A stretch of DNA of 64,000 nt from an uncultured Clostridium sp. (GCA_964578175.1 CAZOBH010000004.1:1611-65610), one strand, 5' to 3'. Shown: positions 20,575 to 29,246, numbered from the stretch's first letter. Made by a program: numbers and translations. Notes: generated by a model from the letters alone, not told the origin.

Positions 20575-22113
20575 TTATTCCTCCGAAGATTTTTTCTTTC
20601 TTTTCTTTCTCTTTTTCTTAGTTGCTTTTTCATTAACTGTCTCATTTATTATATCAACAATTTCTGAAGTTTCACTAGTTTTTTCATTATTTATTCTTTC
20701 TAATTCTTCGGTAGTATCATTTAATAATTTTTCTTTTTCTTCTTCATCAATAGTATTATCTTCTACTTCTTCTTGTTCGTTTTCAGTATTTTCTTCTATT
20801 TCTTCTTTATTTATTTCTTCTTCAATTACTTTATTTTTCTTTTTACTTTTAATTGAATAAACAATTAACATAATAAAGTAGGTTAAGAATAATATACCAA
20901 GTAATGATACAATAACTATTTTATAAATATCTTCTTTATCATCTTTCTTTTCTTCAATTATTTTAATTTCTTTATTATCTACTTCTTGATATCTTTGTAT
21001 AGTTTTTTCTTCATTATCATATCTATATATATTTTCTTTTCCGGTTTCTAAGTTAATTCCATAAAAGTATAAATAATTAGAATCATCTATTTTATATAAT
21101 TCATAATCTTTTCCATTAATATTTATTGTTTCTTTACTCTTATAATTATCTATTTCTTTATCTAAGATATTTAAAACTAGAGTAGAGGAACTTATTTGAT
21201 TATATGGTTTATAACTATTATCCTCTTCATTATATATAAATAAACTTACTTTTCCTTCATTATCTTTTAGACCAACTAATGTAATATTAGCTTGTTCATT
21301 TATAAAACATGGTACTTCATCATTGTTAATCTTTGTAGTACTTTCCTTAAATGTAGTATTAGGATTTTCTAATTGAGATGATTTTCTAACGACTGTATAA
21401 TCTTTTTCATCTACATTTACTTTAATTGGGTCTAATTCTTTAACTATTGCTTTAATAGTATAAGTTCTAGTTGATCCGTTCTCTGCTGTAACTTCAACTT
21501 TAATTTTATTTTCTCCATCAGAAACAGAATGTTTTCCTAATCCTTCAATAGAAGCTTTTGAATCTTCTTTTTTACCTTTAATAACTATTGATTCTGTATT
21601 AGCAGGTAAATTTACTGTATAAGATGTTACTGTTTTTGAAAAAGCGGGACTAATAGATGCATTATCTATACTTAAACTTGACAAATAGTTGTTAGATGAA
21701 AAACTAGATTGATATTCTTGTTGATTAATTACTTTAACACTATTTGATCCTTTTTTTGTTATTACATTATCACCATCATAATAATATGCAGTAACATTTA
21801 TTGATGCATTACCAGCTTTCTTTGTTTTCATTTTTATTGTTTTAGAAAAACCACATTTACCATTTAAATCATTTAATTCAGTAGTACTTCCACTTGATAT
21901 AGAAAGCATAGATGAATCATATGAAACATTGTACTTGTAAGCATATGCATCACTACATGTGAATTTAATAGTAAATGTTACAGTGTTTCCCACTACAACT
22001 TTAGAAGTGTTTCTAGATACTGAAACACTTCCAGATAATGCTTTTACTTCATTTATTGGTGAAAACAAAAGAAGGATTGATAAGATAAAACTTAATATTA
22101 TTTTCTTCTTCAT
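20575..22113 (-). CDS. Type-I membrane protein with cohesin-like N-terminal domain, cadherin-like beta-sandwich domain, C-terminal TM and charged tail
   Basis: Signal peptide. Residues ~27-130 (GSVSVSRNTSKVVVGNTVTFTIKF...YNVSYDSSMLSISSGS) resemble cohesin-type domains. NNYLSSLSIDNASISPAF...TYTIKAIV matches the cadherin-like beta-sandwich pattern. One TM near the C-terminus, then an E/K-rich tail. Confidence 0.6.
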   Translation of the reverse strand: MKKKIILSFILSILLLFSPINEVKALSGSVSVSRNTSKVVVGNTVTFTIKFTCSDAYAYKYNVSYDSSMLSISSGSTTELNDLNGKCGFSKTIKMKTKKAGNASINVTAYYYDGDNVITKKGSNSVKVINQQEYQSSFSSNNYLSSLSIDNASISPAFSKTVTSYTVNLPANTESIVIKGKKEDSKASIEGLGKHSVSDGENKIKVEVTAENGSTRTYTIKAIVKELDPIKVNVDEKDYTVVRKSSQLENPNTTFKESTTKINNDEVPCFINEQANITLVGLKDNEGKVSLFIYNEEDNSYKPYNQISSSTLVLNILDKEIDNYKSKETININGKDYELYKIDDSNYLYFYGINLETGKENIYRYDNEEKTIQRYQEVDNKEIKIIEEKKDDKEDIYKIVIVSLLGILFLTYFIMLIVYSIKSKKKNKVIEEEINKEEIEENTENEQEEVEDNTIDEEEKEKLLNDTTEELERINNEKTSETSEIVDIINETVNEKATKKKRKKRKKKSSEE

Positions 22114-22122
22114 ATAATCCTC

Positions 22123-24189
22123 CTATGATTGTGAAATATTTGATTTCTTTAATAAATACATTTTTAACTTAGCTAAATCTGTCATATCTAATGTATCATT
22201 TCTATTTGCATTAGCTGCTTCTTTATAAGCTCCAGTTAAACTTGTTTTATTTAACATATATTTTTTAATTTTAGCAAGATCCATTAAATCTATACTTCCA
22301 TCACCAGTGATATCTCCATATATTACAACAGTATAAGTCTTTTTAGATGTTCCTGAAGCCACTTCAACTTTATCTCCTGTTGCTAGTGAACCACTAGTTT
22401 TTGATTTACTACTACTATTATAAATATTTACATTAGCATATTTATTTTTGTTTTTAATATTATTAATTGTACTATCAACAGTTGAACCTAATGTTATGTT
22501 ATACATATAATTTGACTTAATCTTATATCCTGCATTCTTAACTGAATTTTCGGCAGTTTCATAAGTATTATTACCTGTTGAATCAGAATTACTTGAATTA
22601 CTGTTGTTATTATTATCATCATTTACTACTGGTGTATTATCAAGTGCAGTTACAACAAACTTGATAGTATAGTTTTTAGTATTTCCATTAGCTGCTTTTA
22701 CAGTAATTGTTTTAGTTGTTGTTCCAACTTCTAATGAGAAATTACCAGTTCCAGTAATAGTTGATGTAGATGCAACTGCAGTAGCTCCAATAGTAACTTT
22801 TTGTTTACCTAATAAATTCATTGTATATGAAGTAGTAGTTCCATCAAATTTAGATACTGATTGATTGTTTACTGTTAATGTTTTTAAGTAATTATTTGGA
22901 TTACCTTTATTTGGTAACGGACAACTACTTGGAATTCCAGAATAAATTGGTATTTGGAATACAATTGGATAATTAAGTATTCCCATCGTGTTATAAGAAT
23001 TATAAGTTGATGTTGAACTTGATACTACAGCTGATATATTAGCCATATATTGATGATAATAATACTTATTTGTTGCATTACTTGATGTATTCCACTTTTG
23101 GAAATAAGGAGTATTTTGTCCTTTATTTATATATCCATTTGCAATCCATCCGGCTCCATCAATTATAGCTTTAGATTGACTGTTCCATCCTTTATTTTTA
23201 GCATATTTAAGTCCATCACAAACTCCTGTATATGCTCCGATATTGTAGAAATTATAATATCCATTATAGTCTCCACTACATGTAGAACCTTCATTACCTT
23301 TTGTTGCTGTACCACCATTTAGACCAACTTCTTGTCTTGATAAAGCTGCTAGATAAATTGGAGATACATTATATTTAACTGCAGCATCTATATAATATTT
23401 ATTTAGATTCTTATAAAAGTCTGTATAAAGTATTTTATTTACTGCCTCTATAGTTTGATATTTACTGTAATAGTTTAAATCTTCAAACATAAATATATTT
23501 TTTTCATTTAAGAAGTTTCTTGGGTCCATATAATATTCAATAGTATCTTCATTTGCTTGATACCAACTAGATCCTTCTTTAACAGTAAATTTGTTTGTAT
23601 ACCAGTTATAATCACCATCAGCAGTTGATAGATAACCTTGATTAGAAGTTTGAATCAAACTTCTTCCACTTACTTTTTCATTTTTAAGAGTAGTGCTCCA
23701 GTTATCTCTTGATTTAACACCTACAAAAACCCAGTTAGGATGTTTTTTATGTAGTTCTAATAATTTAGTTTTATAACTTTCAGGGAAACCTTGTTCATTT
23801 AAATAAGCATTAAATTGTGTATCAGTCATAGTTGAAAAGTTATTTGTAGGTACATTAGTAGAAGGAGTAGATGTAGCATTCTCTTCTATATAACGAGAAC
23901 ATACATAACCTGTTTTACTACTATAAGATACTTGATACCAAAGTCCTGTAGAACATCCAGTTGAATTATCGTCAGTTTTTATATTTGATTTAAGTATAGT
24001 AACTGTAGCATTATGAGGAATTAAAGTACCTTTACTGTAATTAGTACCAGGACCTGTTCTCATATTCAAACCATCAGTTGCCATACATCTTCCTGTTAAT
24101 GTTTGAGCAGAAATTGAATTAATACCGATAAAAAACGCACTTAATGCTAGTAAAGATGAATATAATACTTTTTTAGGTTTAATATTCAT
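22123..24189 (-). CDS. Secreted peptidoglycan hydrolase: SH3b + GH73-type N-acetylglucosaminidase + cadherin-like domain + dockerin-like C-terminus
   Basis: Signal peptide and SH3b (LNMRTGPGTNYSKG...WYQV). Glucosaminidase core is LytG/Acp-like (YLAALSRQEVGLNGG, YNFYNIGAY, GQNTPYFQKWN). Also a cadherin-like domain and a C-terminal GDITGDGSIDLMDL duplicated segment. Start set to the second ATG, 7 nt after GGAGA. Confidence 0.85.
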   Translation of the reverse strand: MNIKPKKVLYSSLLALSAFFIGINSISAQTLTGRCMATDGLNMRTGPGTNYSKGTLIPHNATVTILKSNIKTDDNSTGCSTGLWYQVSYSSKTGYVCSRYIEENATSTPSTNVPTNNFSTMTDTQFNAYLNEQGFPESYKTKLLELHKKHPNWVFVGVKSRDNWSTTLKNEKVSGRSLIQTSNQGYLSTADGDYNWYTNKFTVKEGSSWYQANEDTIEYYMDPRNFLNEKNIFMFEDLNYYSKYQTIEAVNKILYTDFYKNLNKYYIDAAVKYNVSPIYLAALSRQEVGLNGGTATKGNEGSTCSGDYNGYYNFYNIGAYTGVCDGLKYAKNKGWNSQSKAIIDGAGWIANGYINKGQNTPYFQKWNTSSNATNKYYYHQYMANISAVVSSSTSTYNSYNTMGILNYPIVFQIPIYSGIPSSCPLPNKGNPNNYLKTLTVNNQSVSKFDGTTTSYTMNLLGKQKVTIGATAVASTSTITGTGNFSLEVGTTTKTITVKAANGNTKNYTIKFVVTALDNTPVVNDDNNNNSNSSNSDSTGNNTYETAENSVKNAGYKIKSNYMYNITLGSTVDSTINNIKNKNKYANVNIYNSSSKSKTSGSLATGDKVEVASGTSKKTYTVVIYGDITGDGSIDLMDLAKIKKYMLNKTSLTGAYKEAANANRNDTLDMTDLAKLKMYLLKKSNISQS

Positions 24190-24312
24190 AGCCATATCTC
24201 CTTTCTACTCTAATATCTCAATATAATTTTACTAAATAATGGATATAAAGTCTATTTTAATGAATAAAATTTTGTCTTATATTAGGACTTTTATACATCT
24301 TTTTACATAAAA

Positions 24313-24341
24313 TTGCATATTTCTACGTTTTGTGTTATAAT
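24313..24341 (+). promoter_or_regulatory. Candidate sigma-A promoter (TTGCAT-17 nt-TATAAT, TGn extended)
   Basis: Near-consensus hexamers with 17-nt spacing, about 40 nt upstream of the ATG at 24381. Confidence 0.55.
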
Positions 24342-24380
24342 CTTACTTGTCCTTGAAAAGGGGTTAAGGGAGAATTAATT

Positions 24381-25448
24381 ATGGAAAAAGAAACAAATCA
24401 AACTAATGTAAGAAAACATGGTGGATGGGGAAAATGTTTAGCAGTAGGACTAACTCTAACACTTGTAGTAGGTGCTGGAGCTTATGCCTATGGACAAATG
24501 GAATTTAATGATGAAAGTGTTGTTGAATACGTAGAACTAAATTCAGCAAATACAGTATTTGATGAAGCATTAACTAGTTATAATCAAAATGTATTAGAGT
24601 TAGAACAATATTCAATAGAAGATTCAACAGAAGAGTCATTAAGATCTACTGCTATTAGAGAAGATATATCTACTTTAGGTTTAGCTGAAAGATTAGATTA
24701 TTATGAAACTATTATAGATTTATCAGATGAATTATATGATCTAGATATAAGTTCTGAATTAGGGACTATTGAACCAACTAATGTTAGTGAAATGAACTAC
24801 TCTATAGAACAAATTTATTCAATGATAGAAACATATAGAGATTATAAAAGAAATGGAGTTAGTGCCAATCAATTATCTGATCAATCAGAAGAATTTATAT
24901 TTCTTGCAAAGACTTTAGCAGGATATGAGATTGAAATTAATAATATTATTAAAACTGATGCATTAAGAGATATTGCTAATTATAAAATATTAAGATTTAA
25001 ATCAGCTGTTGCTGATTGTGTTGGTTGCGATGTAGAAGAAATAAATAATATGACTATTAGTAATGGAGATACTAATGGATATCATTTAAGTTGGAATGCT
25101 CCATCTGGACAAACATATACAGTTACTTTTAATGAAGAATCATTCCCATTATATTTCTTAACATCAGGAAATATAGTTAATAGAGAAATTAATTCAATAT
25201 TTAATGATCAAAGTTATGCAAATGGTATTGCAACTATTCCAGGAAGCGATACAGAAATACGTTCTCGTTATGGACATAGTAATATAACTAATAATTATGT
25301 TAGAAGTGAAATAAATGGAGCTAAAACATTAACAAGAGTTGAATTTGAAATTAATGATAACAACTTAGAATTAAATGGTTCACTTGCTATACAAAAAGCA
25401 GGTAAAGTATTTAAAAAAACTAAAACTGAAAGTACAGAGACTGAATAA
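24381..25448 (+). CDS. Membrane-anchored extracytoplasmic protein, unknown function
   Basis: 355 aa with one N-terminal TM (CLAVGLTLTLVVGAGAYAY) and an acidic helical region, then a beta-rich C-terminus. GGGAG RBS. No recognisable motifs. Confidence 0.6.
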   Translation: MEKETNQTNVRKHGGWGKCLAVGLTLTLVVGAGAYAYGQMEFNDESVVEYVELNSANTVFDEALTSYNQNVLELEQYSIEDSTEESLRSTAIREDISTLGLAERLDYYETIIDLSDELYDLDISSELGTIEPTNVSEMNYSIEQIYSMIETYRDYKRNGVSANQLSDQSEEFIFLAKTLAGYEIEINNIIKTDALRDIANYKILRFKSAVADCVGCDVEEINNMTISNGDTNGYHLSWNAPSGQTYTVTFNEESFPLYFLTSGNIVNREINSIFNDQSYANGIATIPGSDTEIRSRYGHSNITNNYVRSEINGAKTLTRVEFEINDNNLELNGSLAIQKAGKVFKKTKTESTETE

Positions 25449-25462
25449 TTCAGTCTTTTTTT
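25438..25462 (+). terminator. Rho-independent terminator
   Basis: AGACTGAA-TAA-TTCAGTCT hairpin plus T-run. Confidence 0.65.
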
Positions 25463-25501
25463 GTTTTATAAAAAAAGTTATAATATTATCAGGATGATAA
25501 T

Positions 25502-26419
25502 ATGAAGAAGAATATAAAATATATAATATTAACTATCTTTATAGTAGTTTTATCAATATTTGGTTTTACAGAAGATGATATAAAAGATTATTTAGATAGT
25601 ATAAGTAATAGTACAGATAAAAAGATAGAAGCTGTTGAAACTTTTGATGTATCTACTGATTTAAAAATATATTTCTTAGATGTAGGTGAAGCAGATTCTA
25701 TTTTAATTCAAAATAATGGTGAAAATATGTTGATTGATGCTGGCAATAATGAAGATGGTCCAAAGTTAGTTAAATATTTTAAAAGTCTTGGAATTGAAAA
25801 AATAAAATATGTAGTAGGAACACATCCTCATGAAGATCATATAGGTGGTATTGATAATATATTAAAAGAATTTAAAGTTACTAAGTTATTTATGCCAGAT
25901 GTAACAACTAATACAACAACTTTTGAATCAGTTTTGGATGTTGCTAAAGATAAAGGATTAAATGTTACAATTCCTAAAATAAATAGTACATATAAATTAG
26001 GAGAAGCTAAATTTAAATTTTTATATTCCGGTAATAATAAAGAGGATTTAAATAGTTGTTCAATAATAGTTAAACTATATTTTGGTAAAAAATCATTTTT
26101 ATTTATGGCAGATCTTCCAAGTACTATTGAAGAAAAACTATTAGATAAAGATATTAAATCAGATGTATTAAAAGTAGGACATCATGGATCAAGTTCAAGT
26201 AGTTCAAAAGAATTTTTAAATATAGTTAAACCAAAATATGCAATTATATCAGTAGGAAAAAATAATGATTATCATCATCCGCATACTTCAGCTTTAAATA
26301 GATTAAAGAAAGTAAATGCAAAGATCTATAGAACTGATAAATCAGGAACAATTTTATTAACAAGCACTGGGGATAAAATTAAAATAAAAGAAATTAAAAC
26401 AGATGTAGATGGAGGATAA
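25502..26419 (+). CDS. Membrane-anchored metallo-beta-lactamase-fold hydrolase (ComEC C-terminal-domain-like)
   Basis: 305 aa with an N-terminal TM, then FLDVGEADSILIQ, GTHPHEDHIGG and VGHHGS motifs. These match the MBL domain found at the ComEC/Rec2 C-terminus. No ComEC channel domain is present. Confidence 0.8.
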   Translation: MKKNIKYIILTIFIVVLSIFGFTEDDIKDYLDSISNSTDKKIEAVETFDVSTDLKIYFLDVGEADSILIQNNGENMLIDAGNNEDGPKLVKYFKSLGIEKIKYVVGTHPHEDHIGGIDNILKEFKVTKLFMPDVTTNTTTFESVLDVAKDKGLNVTIPKINSTYKLGEAKFKFLYSGNNKEDLNSCSIIVKLYFGKKSFLFMADLPSTIEEKLLDKDIKSDVLKVGHHGSSSSSSKEFLNIVKPKYAIISVGKNNDYHHPHTSALNRLKKVNAKIYRTDKSGTILLTSTGDKIKIKEIKTDVDGG

Positions 26420-26420
26420 A

Positions 26421-26636
26421 ATGAATAGATATGTAGTTGATAGGTTTGAAAATGAAATAGTTATATGTGAAGATAAAAACGGAAATATGATTAAAATAGA
26501 TAAGGGTTTATTACCAACAGATATCAAAGAAGGATCAGTTATTGATTATAATAATGGAGTATATACTTTAAATGAAAAAGCTAAGAAAGAAATAGAAAAT
26601 AGAATTAAAGATAAATTTGATTCTTTAAAAGGATAA
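26421..26636 (+). CDS. DUF3006-like small protein
   Basis: MNRYVVDRFENEIVICEDKNGNMIKIDKGLLPTDIKEGSVIDY... matches the DUF3006 pattern (vDRfE...av.e......LP...kEG). ATG follows GGAGG. Start overlaps the upstream stop. Confidence 0.65.
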   Translation: MNRYVVDRFENEIVICEDKNGNMIKIDKGLLPTDIKEGSVIDYNNGVYTLNEKAKKEIENRIKDKFDSLKG

Positions 26637-26652
26637 GAATAGATAGTTATTA

Positions 26653-26681
26653 TTGTCATAAAAATTTAGTTTTGATATAAT
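26653..26681 (+). promoter_or_regulatory. Candidate promoter of tRNA-Leu (TTGTCA-17 nt-TATAAT, TGn extended)
   Basis: Hexamers with 17-nt spacing. The -10 element ends 13 nt before the tRNA 5' end. Confidence 0.5.
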
Positions 26682-26694
26682 AACTATGTTATTT

Positions 26695-26781
26695 GCCTGT
26701 GTGGTGGAATTGGTAGACGCGCTGGACTCAAAATCCAGTGATAGCAATATCGTGTCGGTTCAAGTCCGACCACAGGCACCA
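26695..26781 (+). tRNA. tRNA-Leu (anticodon CAA)
   Basis: Cloverleaf with 7-bp acceptor GCCTGTG/CACAGGC, anticodon loop CT-CAA-AA and a long variable arm. T-loop GGTTCAAGTCC, discriminator A and encoded CCA. Confidence 0.93.
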
Positions 26782-26789
26782 AAATGAAA

Positions 26790-26815
26790 AAAACGACTTA
26801 TTTAAGTCGTTTTTA
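26790..26815. terminator. Bidirectional terminator
   Basis: ACGACTT-loop-AAGTCGT hairpin flanked by A7 and T5 runs, between tRNA-Leu and a convergent gene. Confidence 0.6.
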
Positions 26816-26828
26816 TATACAAAAATAT

Positions 26829-27086
26829 TTATTGAGAAACATTCTCAATATCATCTTTACTACTATTGTAAAATAGTGGAGATAGTTCTTTTATTAATTT
26901 CTCATCTTTAATACTATCTAGTTCTGATAAAGTATTATTATTTTCTATTTCAGCAAATTTTAAATTAGTATTATCGTTTATATCAACTAAATAAACATAA
27001 GTAGAATCATTATAATTTACTTTACTAGCAACTACATATTTATTATTATCATCTAAAGTTATAATATCTTGATATTCTATTTCCAT
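26829..27086 (-). CDS. Small acidic protein, DUF1292-like
   Basis: 85 aa. The pattern ITLDDNNKYVV...YVYLVD...LKFAEIE......L..I.DE resembles the DUF1292 family. Start abuts the upstream stop (TAAATG). Confidence 0.45.
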   Translation of the reverse strand: MEIEYQDIITLDDNNKYVVASKVNYNDSTYVYLVDINDNTNLKFAEIENNNTLSELDSIKDEKLIKELSPLFYNSSKDDIENVSQ

Positions 27087-27464
27087 TTATTTTGACCTTC
27101 CTTTTTCTTCTTCTAATCTAGTTTTATCATTTTTTAATTTTCTAAATGATGATAAAACATTTTTAGTATTATTAATAGCTGCTACAATACCACCTGTAAC
27201 TGATGCAGCAGATAGAGCAAAACCTGTTCCTTGGAATTTTACTAATAAATAAGAACCTAATGTTAAAGCATCACCTGATGTAAAAGCATTTATTAGATCA
27301 CCTCCAAGTAAAACGACACCTAAAGATCCAATACCAACGGCTAAGGCACTAGCTCCAAGCAAGGCAGTATCTTTTGCAATATTTTTTTGATCTTGTTCTA
27401 TATTTCTTTCTATTTTTACAATTGTATAAGTTTTTCTATATGATTTATCATTATCGTTATACAT
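27087..27464 (-). CDS. Small Gly/Ala-rich membrane protein, unknown function
   Basis: 125 aa with a polar N-terminus and two Gly-zipper-like hydrophobic segments (LLGASALAVGIGSLGVVLLGG; GFALSAASVTGGIVAAI). Basic C-terminus. Confidence 0.5.
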   Translation of the reverse strand: MYNDNDKSYRKTYTIVKIERNIEQDQKNIAKDTALLGASALAVGIGSLGVVLLGGDLINAFTSGDALTLGSYLLVKFQGTGFALSAASVTGGIVAAINNTKNVLSSFRKLKNDKTRLEEEKGRSK

Positions 27465-27674
27465 AGTGGCCTCCTAAGAATAATTATAGCATATTTTCTC
27501 TGTTATTCAATTGAACCAATTTTACATTAAATAATGAAATAAATTTGACATTAAGTTAGATTTTTTGTTTTCAAAAGTAATTAATAAGTACATAAAAGTT
27601 GTTTAATTAATTAAAGAATAATAGTTATTTTTAAATTTTAATGATATAATTTATTATGAAATGAGGGTTTAACA

Positions 27675-28127
27675 ATGACAAATTTACATGAGATAGAAAG
27701 CGGAGTAATAAGTGGGGCATTATCAGGCGAAGAGATAGTTTTAAAAGAGAGTTATGTTGATGGAATAGAAGAACATAAATTAGATCCATATTTATTTTTA
27801 GGTTCTTTAATTCATGATAGGGAAAATGATATTTTAATTGGATCAGATGGTGCAGTAGCGGGAATCTATTATTTAGATAAAGATGAAAGTGAAGATGAAA
27901 TTAATAGATGTCTAACAAAACTACAAGAAAAACATCCTAATTATGTTTTAAAATTAAAAGAAGATAAACTTCCAATTTTAGTTGGAAATGGACCTGAAAG
28001 TTTATCTATGGTTTATTCAACGCATGTTATTTATATTACTAATTATGAAGAGTTTATAAAAAAGAGTAATAGTAAAGAAGGAGTAAAATCAAAAAAAATA
28101 GGCTCATTATTTAATAGGAAAAAATAG
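27675..28127 (+). CDS. Hypothetical cytoplasmic protein
   Basis: 150 aa with a GAGGG RBS. The central ILIGSDGAVAGIYYLDKDE segment is faintly SUKH/SMI1-like. No firm family assignment. Confidence 0.55.
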   Translation: MTNLHEIESGVISGALSGEEIVLKESYVDGIEEHKLDPYLFLGSLIHDRENDILIGSDGAVAGIYYLDKDESEDEINRCLTKLQEKHPNYVLKLKEDKLPILVGNGPESLSMVYSTHVIYITNYEEFIKKSNSKEGVKSKKIGSLFNRKK

Positions 28128-28158
28128 AATATGATATAATTGTTTTGAGGTGAATACT

Positions 28159-28518
28159 ATGAGTGAAGATTTTATGGAAATGGAAGAAAGACAAAGAACT
28201 GAATTAGATGCATTAAGAGATATGGTTAAATTAAACCCATTTGATTATTTTAGAGTTCAAAGAGCTCGTAGACAAGCAGAGAAATTTAGAGATTTGTATA
28301 TTAAAGAAAATCCTAGTGATATTATTGGAGTTGATTATACTATAGCTGATGATTTAGAACATAGCTTACGTTTTAGAGCACTAGAAAGAAGAGTAGAAAA
28401 ATCATGGAGAGATTATTTAAAAGTTGAACGTGATGGATATGGACTTAATGATTATGCTAGGGACGTTTTAAATGAATTTATGAAAAGTAAAGATAATCAA
28501 AATGGAAGATCAAGATAA
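28159..28518 (+). CDS. Hypothetical helical cytoplasmic protein
   Basis: ATG 6 nt after GAGGTGA. 119 aa, charged and helical. No recognisable motifs. Confidence 0.55.
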   Translation: MSEDFMEMEERQRTELDALRDMVKLNPFDYFRVQRARRQAEKFRDLYIKENPSDIIGVDYTIADDLEHSLRFRALERRVEKSWRDYLKVERDGYGLNDYARDVLNEFMKSKDNQNGRSR

Positions 28519-28522
28519 AAAT

Positions 28523-28544
28523 AGACTTTAAAAGTCTTTTTTTT
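28523..28544 (+). terminator. Rho-independent terminator
   Basis: AGACTT-TAA-AAGTCT hairpin plus T8 run. Confidence 0.6.
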
Positions 28545-28572
28545 ATTTGTATATTATTAATAGGAGGATAAA

Positions 28573-29205
28573 ATGAAAAAAGTATTTAATGATTATCTAA
28601 ATGACAAATTAAAATTAGAAAAGTATCAAATAATAGGAATAATATGTTTAATAATAGTTTTATCTGGTTTATTTGGTTGGATATATGAATTTATATTCTA
28701 TTATTTTAATGGTGGTATGAAATACTTTTATATGAGAGGGGCTAATTTTTTACCATGGATTAATATTTACGCAACTGGTTCTATTCTAATATTATTAAGT
28801 ACATATAAATTTAAAAAGAACCCTTTCTTAGTATTTATAATAGCTTTTATAGTAACAGGTCTATTAGAATACTTTTCTGGATATTTTATTTATGAACTTC
28901 TAGGAGAAAGATATTGGGATTATAATACTGAAATATTAAACTTTGGAAATATAGGCGGTTTTGTATGTTTAAGAAGTGCTGGTTTCTTTGGATTATCAGC
29001 ATTACTTCTAATGTATTTTTTATTACCAGTATGTATTTATATATCAAAGAAAATGAATAAAAAAGCATTCTTGATTATGAGTATTACATTATGTTTTATA
29101 TTTGTATTTGATGAATTATATAATTTAATATTTGCAAGACTTTTAGGTTTACCTAGAGCGTCAACTATATATAAGAAATTAGGTTTTAAATATATGAAAT
29201 TCTAA
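28573..29205 (+). CDS. Polytopic membrane protein, CmpB-like ('putative ABC-transporter type IV' family)
   Basis: 210 aa. GLFGWIYEFIFYYF...PWINIYATG...LLEYFSGYFIYELLGERYWDY matches the family pattern, including the WDY motif. AGGAGG RBS. Confidence 0.65.
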   Translation: MKKVFNDYLNDKLKLEKYQIIGIICLIIVLSGLFGWIYEFIFYYFNGGMKYFYMRGANFLPWINIYATGSILILLSTYKFKKNPFLVFIIAFIVTGLLEYFSGYFIYELLGERYWDYNTEILNFGNIGGFVCLRSAGFFGLSALLLMYFLLPVCIYISKKMNKKAFLIMSITLCFIFVFDELYNLIFARLLGLPRASTIYKKLGFKYMKF

Positions 29206-29246
29206 ACAACTATAGTATAATTATTTTGATATAAGGTAGTGATAAC

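Noticed and set aside
25502-26419. ComEC competence channel
   Set aside because: Only the C-terminal MBL domain with a single anchor helix is present. The multi-TM competence domain and OB/DUF4131 part are absent, so it should not be called comEC.
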